From Ramazzottius varieornatus (lineage: Eukaryota; Animalia; Tardigrada): a stretch of DNA of 64,000 nt. The notes below the pieces were generated by a model. That model saw nothing but the letters and a program-made list of their open reading frames with translations, was not told where the DNA came from and did not search any database. Both the position numbers and the translations under genes were made by a program. The stretch is from contig BDGG01000010.1 of the NCBI GenBank assembly GCA_001949185.1, positions 473,337-537,336 on the forward strand. Direction: 5' to 3'. This document shows, in pieces, positions 26,414-38,850 of the stretch (its first letter is position 1; each line of letters opens with the position of its first letter).

Positions 26414-27169
26414 AATCTACAGAAACATATTTCTTCCAGCAAGAAACGAAAGAAATTCGCGCAATTTGAACCGTAGCGGAAAGTTTGAGTGTGCAACAGC
26501 TTAACCCGCAAGAAAAAGTTCGCTTACGACTCCGACTCCCGCTGTATCAGCAGTCGGAAAGTGAACCGGAGTGGTGCAGCTTAAACTGTGTACTTTCAAC
26601 AAGATACTGTTGTTCGCTCGTCCGGGTTATTTCGCAGTTGAAAGACTAACTGTCAGAATATGGGTTATTTCGGATCCGCATGCACTCCAATTTTGCCACT
26701 CTCTTGTCGAGGACATTCGCACAGAATGAGATTCATACTGTGATGTTCACCATCAGAGATCGAAACCGGATGCCTTCCTGCAGGCAACCACATAGTGTAT
26801 AATAGGGACAATTTGCTCGTCTCAACTAGGTAGTTCAAGCCGCCTGCTTCCGGCACTGAGCAATCCGTTATGCGTACCGCCGACGTAGACAAAGGACCAC
26901 AGAGAATGACTTTCCGGGACGCCGTCAAACTTGTGGGTCCGCTCGGCTAATCTAAAACGGCGAAAACGGCATATTCTTGACATATACTATAATAGCGGCA
27001 CGTTTCCTTGTTCAATTAGTGCAAACTCGAAAGCTACCACAGCAAGCCGGGGTATCTGACCTTTAACTTCCAGAAGAATCTAGCTAGAGCGTGCAAAACA
27101 GCACCGGTCAGTGGCTGAATGCAGCCCTGTCTATTGTATTGCTTCAAAAAGCGGGAGCAGCCCCCTGTA

Positions 27170-27509
27170 CGAGGTAAACGACGTAATTCTGCCGTACCCA
27201 TTTTTGGGACATAATTCTGACGGCGTAAAACGTTTGAACATTATCGTCAACGCTTGATTCATTTTTCATCGTACGCCTGTTGATACAAATTCAGGCTTTT
27301 TAACATTAGACCGACCCCTTTTCCTCCCAAAGGCTGTTTCTTCGACCCGAAACTTCATCTCATTCTAAAACTTATCCAGTGCTCTGGAGAACAAGTTTGT
27401 CTACCTCGGTAACGAAAACTTAGGCGAGGTGGTACAGTGAGCTAAGAAATATAACCGGTCATAATTACGTCCTAAAAATAGGTACGGCCGAATTATGTCG
27501 TTTACCTCG
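27170..27509. mobile_element. Tc1/mariner-type MITE, family copy A
   Basis: TA|cgaggtaaacgacgtaattc ... gaattatgtcgtttacctcg|TA. Confidence 0.85.
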
Positions 27510-28156
27510 TATCCCCTGCCGTAACGCACATCGGCGGCTTTGCCGCCTCTGTGTACTGGAACTGGAAAATCTTACCCTGGAAGTGTTCTCCAAGGAAAAC
27601 TGATTAACTACTCAACCAAGGGTCACACCAGAGCCCACACATTGATAGCGGCAGCATCGTTCAAATTTTCCTGATTAAGCTAGGTTGGTGATGTGACGGG
27701 CGTTTGGTGACTGAAGGACTACCGCTGGATTCCGTGGCAGAAGCCGGGAAGAACACCTTGCGCGTGCTTACTTCCGTGTAACGTGACTGGTTGATCGGAT
27801 CGCATGGAAGGTCTCCCGATCGAGTTGCGGGATGCAATCTTATCCTGGAAGTCTTCTCCAAGGAAACATGATTAACTATGTTGCTGTAACGTGACAGGGT
27901 AATTCGACTGGCGCAGAAGTGTACGTATCGGAATGGGCGTGAAAAGTTATCCTAGGAGCCATGTTGTCCGGCGATTTGGTCAAATTCGATGTTTTGGTCA
28001 CATGATACTCGATATCTCGCTTCAGGAGCATTTTTTTCCTGAACTATAAATAAACATGTACTGCTCACTCGGAAGAACGTGTCGAGTTGGGTAGGATAGC
28101 ACTGTGTTTTCGAAGTTCCGCCGAAATGATTTTACTCACTTTCTCTTGGAAAGGTA

Positions 28157-28494
28157 CGAGGTAAACGACATAATTCGGGCATTGTGGTTTTTCACTCGTA
28201 ATTCGGGCATATTTTTTCTCGGCTTCTGCTGCGCGTAATGAACTGCTTCTTGTCTCCTGACGTAGACCGGTCCCTCTCCTCGAGGTTTCAATAGGTTTGA
28301 GAACGACAAAGCGTTGTGGAGCACGGGAATCTGGCCTGGGAGAGGGATGGGTCTGTCCAAGGTCAAAGAGCCTAATGTTGTATCAACAGGCGTACGATGA
28401 GATGAATCAAGCGTTGACGATAATGTTCAAACTTTTCGCGTTGTCCGAATTATGGTGCGAAGGGCGATATGCCCGAATTATGTCGTTTACCTTG
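28157..28494. mobile_element. Tc1/mariner-type MITE, family copy B (internal part inverted relative to copy A)
   Basis: TA|cgaggtaaacgacataattcgggcat ... atgcccgaattatgtcgtttaccttg|TA; internal tgtatcaacaggcgtacgatga...tcaagcgttgacgataatg is the reverse complement of the copy A interior. Confidence 0.85.
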
Positions 28495-29111
28495 TAGAGG
28501 TAAATATATCCGATGTGTATAAAGCATAATGCAGAAAGTGTGACGCACGAACGGATACGTTCGTCTTAATAACAAGATAATTGATAGCCCACATGCAGGA
28601 AACGGAATACCGGCCTACGACAAGTCTAAATTGAGCCTTTTGATGGAAATCGAGCAGCTTGATGAAAAGCCTCTTAACTCAGATGCCAGTGTTCTGTGAA
28701 AATGGGATTGACTATGGCTGTAGACGACCCTGGCTTATCGTTCTTCCCGCTGTGCGCCTTTCCTTTCTACCATGACATGCACTGAATTCCAGCTTCGATT
28801 ATTTTGCTTAATATAAACTACAGATTCAGGCGTATCGTGGTTTATTACCTAGAGTTTGTGTTGGCTACAACTAAGATGAGCAATCGTTTACCCCAATGTA
28901 TGAGCTTCAGCTGCACACCTCCAGTATATTTTTCACCGTGTTCCCCGTTGTCTGTTACACCAGATAGCATCAGCAGTTTAACTTTGCCCTTGGGGTCTCA
29001 AAACTTCAAACTCGTTTCCTGAACAATTTGCCTACAGAGCGTTGGGCTCCAAATTAGGCCGCCGATACCCACCTGTCATAGTTACCTGAAGTTTTACGTC
29101 TCACATGGAAG

Positions 29112-30005
29112 ATGCTGAACGGCAACTGGAGTGCAGCGTATTACCAGAACGATACCTACTCCAGCAATCACACAAGTACAGTATCCAGTCAAACTTATCC
29201 GACAACGTGGGCCACCGTGAACGCCATTATCCACATATTTGCCCTGCTGACCAATCTAGGTTTTGTGGTCGTCGTCGTTGCCGATAAATCAAATCTGGCC
29301 GGACCGCGGCTGTTAATTCTGAACCTCGCAGTGTGCGGTTTAGTACTCTCTGCCGGGTGGTTTCCAGCTACATCAATCGTTTCCTACTTGTCTCGAGAGC
29401 GCGTACCATCCTCCTGCTCGTTCTTTGCCGGTACTGTCTTCTTCGTTACGGCTACCAACTGGGCGGACGTACCTATTGCGATCAACCGCATTGTGGCCAT
29501 ATGCTATCCACACTACTACCGTAAATTCAATTCTCGCAAAATATCATGTTTGATGATAGTAGCTAGCTTGTGTGTCGGTCTGGCTCCAGCTATTATGGTT
29601 ACGTTTCGTATTGGCGCTACGTACGCAGGTCGACCTTACGGTCACTGCCTAATTCAGCCTCTAAACCCGTATGGTCGAATATTTGGCTTCATTCCGTCGG
29701 TCATACCATTCTGCATAGTTGGTATCCTCTCAGCATTGTTGTTCCTCGTGGCGCGGCAGAGGACTCGAGCGCTTAGCCCTGAATCGGTCAGCGGGAAACG
29801 GTTAATCAAGCGCCGTCTGAACGTTGCTCAAGCTATGCTGGCATCACTACTCTGGCACGTCATCACATCCTTCCCCATCATCTTTTTCACCATGACCTTT
29901 CCGCAAGTCATCTCGCAGCAGCCATGGCTTAGCGCGTGGATACGGGGGTCCACGTTACTGGAGTTTGGTGTTAGCCCGGTATGCAGAGAACTCACAGTAT
30001 GGTAA
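29112..30005 (+). CDS. Rhodopsin-family orphan GPCR; 3' end uncertain (possible intron after GVSP|gtatgc)
   Basis: N-glycosylation sites at the N-terminus, TM1 LTN, TM2 LILNLAVC, AINRIVAICYP, ECL2 Cys, TM6 WHVITSFP, TM7 ending GVSP. Confidence 0.8.
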   Translation: MLNGNWSAAYYQNDTYSSNHTSTVSSQTYPTTWATVNAIIHIFALLTNLGFVVVVVADKSNLAGPRLLILNLAVCGLVLSAGWFPATSIVSYLSRERVPSSCSFFAGTVFFVTATNWADVPIAINRIVAICYPHYYRKFNSRKISCLMIVASLCVGLAPAIMVTFRIGATYAGRPYGHCLIQPLNPYGRIFGFIPSVIPFCIVGILSALLFLVARQRTRALSPESVSGKRLIKRRLNVAQAMLASLLWHVITSFPIIFFTMTFPQVISQQPWLSAWIRGSTLLEFGVSPVCRELTVW

Positions 30006-30042
30006 CTGATAAAAGAGCCAGTACTACGGGTACACCGGAATA

Positions 30043-30308
30043 CAGTCCTACCTGTGAGATGTAACAGTTCAAACGCCCGATTCGGTTCCGGACGGTACGT
30101 GTGTACACGGGGCTGCTCGCTATGCTGTTCGCATGAGACCGATCAGCTGATCAGACACGCGTTCGATTACTTGATATCGATTATCAAGTCAAGCCATAAC
30201 CGGACGTCGATCAGCTGATGATGCTGCGCAGTGCATGGCCAGCGGTCTCGTGCAGAAACGCTGTTCGGTTGCAGAAGCAGCAATTGTCACATCTCGCAGG
30301 TAGGATTG
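30043..30308. mobile_element. Tc1-like MITE
   Basis: TA|cagtcctacctgtgagatgtaacagtt ... aattgtcacatctcgcaggtaggattg|TA. Confidence 0.85.
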
Positions 30309-30407
30309 TATCGGCAAATGTAAACTGCAATCGACCACGCATTTTGACTAACCGCAAAATCGACTTTCCAAAATACCGTTTTCCCTGTAAGCCGAACGGC
30401 CATAGTA

Positions 30408-32056
30408 CAGGTGCGGAAGTATGACTTGTCCCTTTTCGAGCGAAAACATTCTGAAATTCTTTTGCGAGTGAGATTTCTGTTCTCTTTTGCTTCATGTTCG
30501 GTTAATCGGCGACACTCAGGCACCAAGAATTAAGTCCGTGCGTTGCCCACGGGAGGAGAAAGGTCGGTTTTTACCCAGAGGGGAAAGATACTTTTCCCGT
30601 TTTTCCGAGTTTTTTTTTCAGCTACTTGCTTAACCGATTTCGAAGCGAATCATATCTAGCCTAAAGAACCGAGTCAGTACTTTATGCCAACAGTCAAAAG
30701 CTATCGAGATTTCGCAGTGATCCAGACAGATAGCCCTGATGTATTCACCAAAATTCAGCCGTTTTCTGTTCGTAGGTGACCCTTATTCTGGGCTCAATGT
30801 ACTTTAAAGTACCGATCTAGTGGGACAGTTTTGAGTGCAGATGCGTGTAAAACGACTGGCCGGAACTCGTAGGATTTGCTGTCGAGTGTGATGTGATACA
30901 TAGTATCAATCAGCTGATCGGTACACACGTTTACCAAATATTTCACCCACCAACCAGACGGTCATTTTACAGGCACCCGGACCCAAAACTGTCCCACTAG
31001 ATCGGTACTTTAAAGTAGTCGTTTTGCGAAAGATTTGGAGGCAATACATTCTTTTTTAGGTATTTCACGTGACCAGTCTGACTTTGCCACTCTGGGCACC
31101 ATGGGGGCAGAACGGTTCCAAAGTGGTGGCATTGTTCACTTTTCGAACATTCGTTTGATTCTTCCAATCCGGCATTTTTCGCTTTGCTTCGGCAAAACAC
31201 TAGTCTGCCGTCTGTGGATAGCGACCACCGTTCATCAGCGACAGAAAACTTTGGACAAGTAAAGGTCTGACAACCGCCGTTTCCGGCGTTACTGCGTTAG
31301 GATTCTTTCCCGAGCAAGTGAAATGTACAGTCCGTGCCGAAATAATTTGGAAGGTCCAGCACAGGTTACTGCACCCGGGTATCGAGTTAATAGAGCAATA
31401 CGCCATGCCTAAACACGACTGTTGTTCGGGAAGTTACAGAAAATTCTATTGTCTTGGCATGAAAAACAGCCACCAGCTGATGACGTCATCGGTATTTGAA
31501 ATTTACAAATCTGGAGTTGGGAATCTGGATTGGCTGAATTTGGTCTCGCCTCTTGGATCTGGCCAGTTAAAACACGGGTAGGTTGGACCCCGCAGTGGCT
31601 GGTGCCCTGAGTGTTGGTACCGTAGATACACCACGGTGTGCCGTATTTGCGATCGAAGTTGCTTTGCGACTGAACTGTCTCAGCTCTCGCAAGGCGAATT
31701 TTGGTGTTGGGCTAGTTTTCACGTTTCCACCCGGATAACTTTGGCAGCCAGTGTTTCGAAAGAGAAATTCATAATGCTTTTGAAAGAGCGACCATCAAGA
31801 TATGTTTTGCAGGCACGATCAGATTTTCAAAGGAATCTGGGCGCTCGAAAAAATAGTTTTCTCGGAAGTGGAGGGTTAATCCCACAACAGCCACTTTCGC
31901 TAACCTAATCTTACAGTTCGATGAACATTATTGATTTGAAAGTCAATGAGCTTATCTAAAAGCTGAGTGATGGTGTATGATATCGCAAGAACTTTGGTAA
32001 AAACATTTTCGTAGTTGCTGTTCGAAAACAGGAGACAAGTCATACTTCCGCACCTG
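30408..32056. mobile_element. Non-autonomous TIR element (~1.65 kb) carrying a nested MITE
   Basis: Perfect 23-bp TIR caggtgcggaagtatgacttgtc / gacaagtcatacttccgcacctg; an orphan end of the same family at ~15251-15278. No clear TSD. Confidence 0.7.
30808..31009. mobile_element. TTAA-flanked palindromic MITE (Kolobok-like AG...CT termini), copy 1
   Basis: TTAA|agtaccgatctagtgggacagtttt ... aaaactgtcccactagatcggtact|TTAA; internal atcagctgatcg. Confidence 0.8.
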
Positions 32057-33379
32057 ATATCAACTGACCAATATAGCATTCCTAAGAGTTCGTTAAAGCA
32101 TCCGTTGGCTCTTACAAGTCTTACTGCAGCCTCCGAAAACTTTCCGAAGCGCACAAGAGCTCACAATAACAACATTGCCCGAACATAACCCCCACCCCCA
32201 ATACGATAACAGTTTCAGATCAGGCACAACAACCATTTTTTGGGTTATGACTTATGAGCAGTCGGTATTCGCATCAAATAGACACATGGCTTGTTAATAT
32301 GAAGGTCGGTTGATATTTTGGCCACGCAATATTCATGGTTGTCATTGTGGTTAAATGAAGTGTAATAAAAGTGCATAGAAATGAATAACTGTAATCGAAT
32401 AATTGTATTGTAATCTGTACATATATGCGCATACATATGGTCAGAGTTTTTGTGTGACACTTTGCAGGTACTGTTCTTCCTAGTCAGTAATGCGTATCGC
32501 CGAACCTTGAGACTACTGGTGTGCTGCGAGCCGCTCTCACTTGTTAGAGTCGAACCGACTACACCGCCAAGACATCGCGACCCTACGGTGAACGTAGTGG
32601 CACCTTGAAGATGGTATGCAATTGTTATGCCGATAATGAGACTAGGAACACAGTATCAATGGAATCACGAAGGACTTGTGTGCCATCTGAAGCGGCTGTG
32701 GAACAGCAAAGAATATGCGCAGTACCACACTACATCAAACAAATTTTAATACAGAGTTTGCTGCATCATGCAATCGCAGTTTTTCCAGTTCCAGATCGCG
32801 CGCTACCAACTTGAAAATACTGTCCGAGATGACAGAGTATAATATATATGGTTACTAGTAACAGCAGAAATAGGTTAGCAGATGCGGCAAATATCGCGAT
32901 TGTTACGGCGACTTATGTATGTAGTTTTGAACAGCAAGCTTTCTACCAAACCACCGAAAGGTTATCTGCTTCTTTTTCCACCGCACGTGTAGCATTAACT
33001 TCTTCTTTTGTGGATAGTATGAGAACAGCACACGCAGACGTATCCGACAATGAATGCTCCTACAGTCTCTGTCATGGGTCATGGGCACCCACGACCTTTG
33101 CTTCCTCGTATCTACTGAACCCGCAGTCCGATTTCCCTAATTTAGACAGCACCATGTGGAAGACTGCTCAAACTTTTTGATAACGTGACAGTCCAGTCAC
33201 CAATTCAAACAATCAACCGGTCAGCACCGGTGGGCGGACAAAGAAATAAGGGTCATATTTGGCTGCCTATCTCCGGTAACGTGAAAATCTTGTGGGAAAG
33301 ATGGTGGGCAGGTAGGTGTTAAAATCGGTGGATGGTGTGGTTAATTTGCCTTCAACGGCAAATTTTGAAGGGGAACAGT

Positions 33380-34713
33380 CTAACTCACAGTTTCTGGATG
33401 GTTAGCATAAACGTCCAGGGTTCCAAGAGCTGTCACTGATGATGGGTTAGTTATACAGATCACAAACAGTTTTGAAGAGACGTGGCAGGGTTCAGAACCA
33501 CCATGAACCCAACACGATGACCGGTGCCCAAAAGACAGTCGCGCATACGAAGACCCACGTAAGGACCAGGAACCCCGAACGACGCTGTTGCTTACGATGG
33601 ACTTCGCGTTGGCTTCGTTTCACCACCGCGATCTTCTCGTGCACGTCTTTCTGCGAACCATTCGTGTCTGAGTCGACTGCAGAATGCTGCAGATACTTGT
33701 AAAGCAGAATGCGGGTAGTTGACGATGATGATGACAATTGGAGTATCGATGTAGAGTTGCATGAGCAAGTAGTACTCAATTTGTTTCTCGATCAATGGTG
33801 CACAGATCACAATTGGTTCTGTTACGACAGATATTGTCGGAACATCTTTACTTGATGTCCTACTATGATATTGCTTCCTTATCTCCCCCAAAAAGCCTGC
33901 CTTAATGTGTGATATCGTCTCAAGATTCACGATCACATCGGGCTACCTCTTTTTTTCTCTTCACTTAGTTTCTCAAGGTACCGGTTAATGATCTGCGACC
34001 ATTAATCGACCCAATAAACACTTGCTCTCGTTTCATCAGTTTCCGCCCTTTCCTTCTTTTCTGTATTTAACTGAACTGAAGCTTCTCCTGAAGCACAGTT
34101 GTCTCGGATAAATAAAGTTGCTTCGTCTCTTCCGAACTTGCTCGTTACAATTCTACGTATTGACATTTATAGTACTTCTAGTCAACGGTCAGGATAGGAA
34201 CGACAACTGCAAGCATGGCGACCCAGGCAAATCAAGTGGCGACCCAGGCAATCAAGCAGACAATGAATGCAAACTTCTTGGTAGGGTGAGCAAGATACTG
34301 ATGTGGGAAGTAATAAAGAGGCCAGTAACGTGACACCCCGAGGAGAAGGTGCGAAGTATCGGTAATGATGGGCGGTTAGAAGCTGAGGAATCCGAAGAGT
34401 TGACAGTAAGCTTCGCGTTACAACCAATGGTACGAAGTGTAGGTCACGAGAATCTTTATGATGATCTAGAACAAAAAGCCCAGGTCGCAGAGCAGCGCAC
34501 TCACCACACAGGAGTGGAAAGAGGTGCGAAGGTCCTTAAAGGGAGCAAAGCGTGGAGGGTCGGAACGGTACCCAGAAGAATGGACAGGGATGAGAAAAAT
34601 GGTAGGACACTGTAGCTGGAGGTGCCATCTGTTATTCTGTTGGTCGGCTCCAACTAGGCATCCAGATGACCGGAGCTTTTGGTCGAACAGTTTCCTGACA
34701 TTGTCATGTTCAT
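33380..34713 (-). pseudogene. Class A GPCR pseudogene
   Basis: Fragments VVSALLCDLGFLF*, YHWL*REAYCQLFGFLSF*, HLLLGVSRYW and GFLVLTWVFVCATVFWAP; multiple stops and frameshifts, and an apparent insertion at ~33790-34120. Confidence 0.7.
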
Positions 34714-35095
34714 GGTAGAATTCATTGGGCGAGATACAGTATTACCAATAGGCCAAAGGCAAAATCACTTCATACGCATGCGTAAAGGCTGTCAGGAGCC
34801 GCAAGTTTGGAAGCACGGCGAGTATCAGTGAAACTGACAAAAACGATCTAAACGCAGGACAAAAGGCTACAGCTACTGTGCTCTGATGCAGTGAAGGGAT
34901 GCATTTTCAACACTGTAGTTCTATGCTGTCAAGAATGTCAATGTGCTGTCAGAGCTTCCCGAAAACCATCTTACAGTCTACAGTGTACAGATCTGTAGAG
35001 GACTAATATGGACTGGCACTGGTGACACCACCGGGATTCCCGGGGTTACCAGAACAGTATGGAATAAATAAATGCTGAACATAATCTAGCGGCTG

Positions 35096-38000
35096 TTAGT
35101 GGAGCGATATTACCGAGCCACTGTGTGGAGTAGCATGGCCGGCAGCACTGCTCGGATGCGCATGGGCGTTGTGGCCATGATGGTGGGGACGGTGGACTTT
35201 GTAGGCGTGCTTCCAGATATCAAACAGGCATACCGTCGAATGGAACCTGCAGTTCGAAGTCTTGCTCAAACACGGAAGTATGAATTTTCGCTTCTGGAGT
35301 AAGTATATACCTGTAGAAGATGACCAGCGGAACAGTCAGATGTAGCAGTACCGCCCATTGTCTTCCACCAAAAAAGTTCCTGGCCCCCGGGTTGGTATCC
35401 GCCCGCAATGTACAAAAGATCTGCAAAGAAACGTCCGCTGTAACTGCAGTAGAGAAATATAGGATATTGCATCAAATCACTCACATCGAGTGCCCACTGT
35501 GCGAAGTTGACAGCTAGAAGGAACGTCAGCGTTTCCCTGGCTGGCTTGTCACTCTTCGGCTTTTCTCCATCCGGCAGGTTCGGCGTTTTTGATTCGGTGG
35601 CAACGGCAAGAACTCGTTTACCAGCATCGAAAATGAACACGGTCTGAATCGTTGTCTGGATGATCTCCAGGAAATCGTTGACGACAGAAAGGATACTATG
35701 ACCGTCCGCTTGACCGATGGTTCCGACTATACTGACCACGCTGTAGGCATACACCCCAATCTACCATTCAGATGACAGATAAAATGCCGCCGGTTTGTTG
35801 TGGACAGTACAGTACGAAGTCCTACCATAGTTAGAAGGAGAAGACCGTCATCCAAGGCCATATTTGCCGTGTGAATTTCCACACGGGGTAGCTTCTTTAT
35901 GAACTGTACCGCGCAGAATATGACGCTCAGTAAAGCCATAATGTTAAGAATGATATCCATGACGTCGCCCACGAAGCCGGCAGCGTCCTCGGCCAGCTTA
36001 TCGTTGTCGACGTAGAGAAAGAAGACTATCAGACCGACTACGGTCGGGACTATGACCATGATGCCGGAAAAGAGACCTTTGGCGGCATGCGAGCAGTCCA
36101 CGGAAAAGGCACGGGGATTACGGTGATGTGGATGGTGGTCAAAATGGTTGTTATGCTTCTCGACGGCCTGCCACATGATGTAGATGATACCTTTTAACAT
36201 TAGGTTACACAATCAAATCGTATCAGCCAACTTATTACGAAACCGCATAGCATCATGAAGGCCGATGCGAAAGCAAAGTGTCGTCTGGTTACCTGCTGAA
36301 ATGAGTGCGTATTCGATAATACAAGGATACAAGAATATCGAAGCCTGGTCCATCATTTTTCTCATGATGGAGTCCTCCGCAAGACACAAGGGTGCGTATC
36401 CGGAAGCCGAACTGACAGGGGCCTCGGTCTCGTATTCGCCACCAATGTCGTACTCTTCCACGATCCCGTCGTACTCGGCCGCCGCCTCCGTTGCATTGAG
36501 GTCTCCGTGCCGCAAAGCAGTCTTCTTCAGCAAAGTGAACTCCTGTAGGGTCTCGTCCAGCAATGTCCGAATCCAGACGCACAGATTGGTGGCGACCAGG
36601 TGCATCAGACCGAAACGCGAGATGGCCCTGCTTTTCGTAATTTTCAACTGAAAATACCATCGCTTGTACAAAGTCAAGTTACCATTGAATTGAGTTACTT
36701 TAAAGTGCCAATGAAGTGAGACAAGATTGGTCCGGGTCCGCGTAAAGAATCCCCCGGTACGCGCCGTTTTGGCTGTTATGTGTCATGTCATAGCGATCAG
36801 CTGATCGATACACACCTTGACCAGATTTTTCACCCACCATCCGCGCGGTATTTTTACACGCACCCGGATCCAAACCTGTCCCGCATCATTGGCACTTTAA
36901 AGTAGTTACTGAACATACCAATGAATTTTTGTAGATGAAGTATAACTGCAGCATGACGAACATTATAAACAGGCACGGGTTCAAGGCCATGACGGGGTTG
37001 AAGCACGAGGTGTTTTCCACGAACACGCCAATTTCAAGACACGCGTAAATCATGGAACCGATGCCGAACAAGGAAGCACCCATCTTCAGGTAGAAACTGC
37101 CACTGTCCACGTCGTTCTCTATGTACCGATGTACGTGAGGCCGAGTGCTGCCAAGAGTATCGGTGGACACTGACCGGTGGAAGACTAACGCCGCTCTGGC
37201 CGCCGGCGTCATGGGTCGACGCAGCAGGTAGACGAAGGCGAAGATGAGCCAGATGTTGCTGACAGCTAACATCCCCGCATAGAACCACTAAAAAAGAAAA
37301 ACCACAATTCAGAACGGGTGTTTGTCTGAGATTAGCAATAACGGCGCCCAACAAGGAATATGTACCCGGGAGATATTTGCGTCCATGTTGTGCGTCAGGG
37401 CGGAAGCGATGGACAAACAACAGCTCGTTACGGTCATGAGAAGCCCATACAGTGCGCTCAAATTTCTGGACAGTTCGTCACTAACACACGCAACATTGTC
37501 AATAGCTATACTGTACAATCGTCTACACCTTTCTGAACAACCCGCAAATAAAACCTTACAAGATTAGTTCGGAAGTTTCGGCGGCCTGTTCGAACAAGCT
37601 TTGCCTACGTTTGCCGGCGGGTGGTTCCCCACCACCTCCTCCTCCAGACTGTCGTTCGTCATGATTGTTCTCTTCTGAACTGATTTTAGCAGTCGTGGTT
37701 GAAATGGCTAGGTTGGCGTATGCGGGATCTTTCAGCTTTTCCAGTTTCGTCTGGGAAGCGAAGTGAACCGGAAGTATATGATGGGTATGCGGTACAGTGT
37801 AGATGGAGGACAAGGCTTGCTTTATGGGAATCGCTACTTCCGTGTCTGCGCTTTTGGTAACGGGAGTAGGTTTGTCGATAGCTGACACAATTGTGGTGGT
37901 CAGCTGTTTTGGTGAACGATTGAACACATCAGGCTGCTCTCCGGTTTCAGCATTACCTTTGCGAGATTCGTGCTCCAGCTTCGGTGAATCTGATGATATC

Positions 38001-38850
38001 CCATTTGGGTTGCCGGTGATAGCTAGCCTTCTGGGAAAATAACAAAAATTATTCGAACAAGAATCATCCAATCAAAATGTCACGGTGGTAAATAAATCGA
38101 AGATCTTCCTCGCGAGACATCGAAAACAAAATCGAGTTGTGGTAAGCAATAGTAGGAGGTCGGCAAACAATCATCAGAGGATCGCTGTCTCAAGTGGCGC
38201 ACATTCCCAGCTGACAATGACGAAAGCTGCGCCACTTGGGATAATAATCATGCCGTGAGTGTTTGCCGACCTTCAAACTGAAAATGGTAGCGACAACACT
38301 AACAACCGGATTTGATCAGAATAATGCGCACTGAACGCCGCACTAACGTCGTTCGAGAGTTTGATCGGGGAATTCTGCCATTTCGGTCCTTGATACTGGT
38401 CCGCGGGATGATGGCCTTCTGCATCATCGCTCTCGAAGTCGCCCTCACGACGCCCATCTCGCGATTATCATAGTCACCTACCACTACACTGGCAGCATCG
38501 GCGTCCAAGTCGCCAGCTAAACTGCGGAAGTGGCTGAGAAAAGGTGGCACAGTTTTCTCGTCGTTGGAGCTCCGCAAGTCCGTGTAGACATTGCCCGAGT
38601 AGCCGGTCAGCGGCGTTATCGCACGACGTCGTTCAGTCGGCGGACTAAACACCAGAGAGCGGGCCGACAAGGTCGTCTCACTCCCAAAACGCCGGATCAG
38701 ATCAAATCTGCGGTCATTACCCATATTTGCGCTTTCGCGGCCTCGTTCGTAAGCGCTTTCCAGATCGTAAGCATGACTACTGGACGCACGCGGAAGATAT
38801 ACGGAAGTGCCGTAGTAATACTGTCTAGGGTAGAACTCGCATTGGAACAT
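35096..38850 (-). CDS. Otop: Otopetrin proton channel (OtopL-like), multi-exon; start codon uncertain
   Basis: SGSFYLKMGASLFGIGSMIY, SRFGLMHLVATNLCVW, FLYPCIIEYALI, VDCSHAAKGLFSG, RETLTFLLAVNFAQW, PLVIFYR|FHSTVCL; stop at 35096-35098. Confidence 0.92.
36704..36896. mobile_element. TTAA-flanked palindromic MITE, copy 2, in an otopetrin intron
   Basis: TTAA|agtgccaatga ... tcattggcact|TTAA; interior homologous to 30808-31009. Confidence 0.8.
38157..38272. repeat. Intronic hairpin, CAAGTGGCGCAC-core family
   Basis: aggtcggcaaaca...caagtggcgcac, 24-nt loop, ctgcgccacttg...tgtttgccgacct. Confidence 0.8.

Larger units (their letters stand above)
24000..26591. mobile_element. PIF/Harbinger-superfamily (PHIS) DNA transposon with two convergent ORFs, decayed
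   Basis: TIRs acacaggttaagctgc..ctccggtt / aaccggag..gcagcttaaactgtgt; ACT on both flanks (23997-23999, 26592-26594); contains a DDE transposase and an accessory ORF. Confidence 0.88.

Noticed and set aside
27570-27880. Two ~43-bp direct repeats (atctta.cctggaagt.ttctccaaggaaa..tgattaacta), CRISPR- or LTR-like
   Set aside because: Only two units ~270 bp apart in a eukaryotic context, with no spacer array, TG..CA ends or PBS; likely a local duplication.
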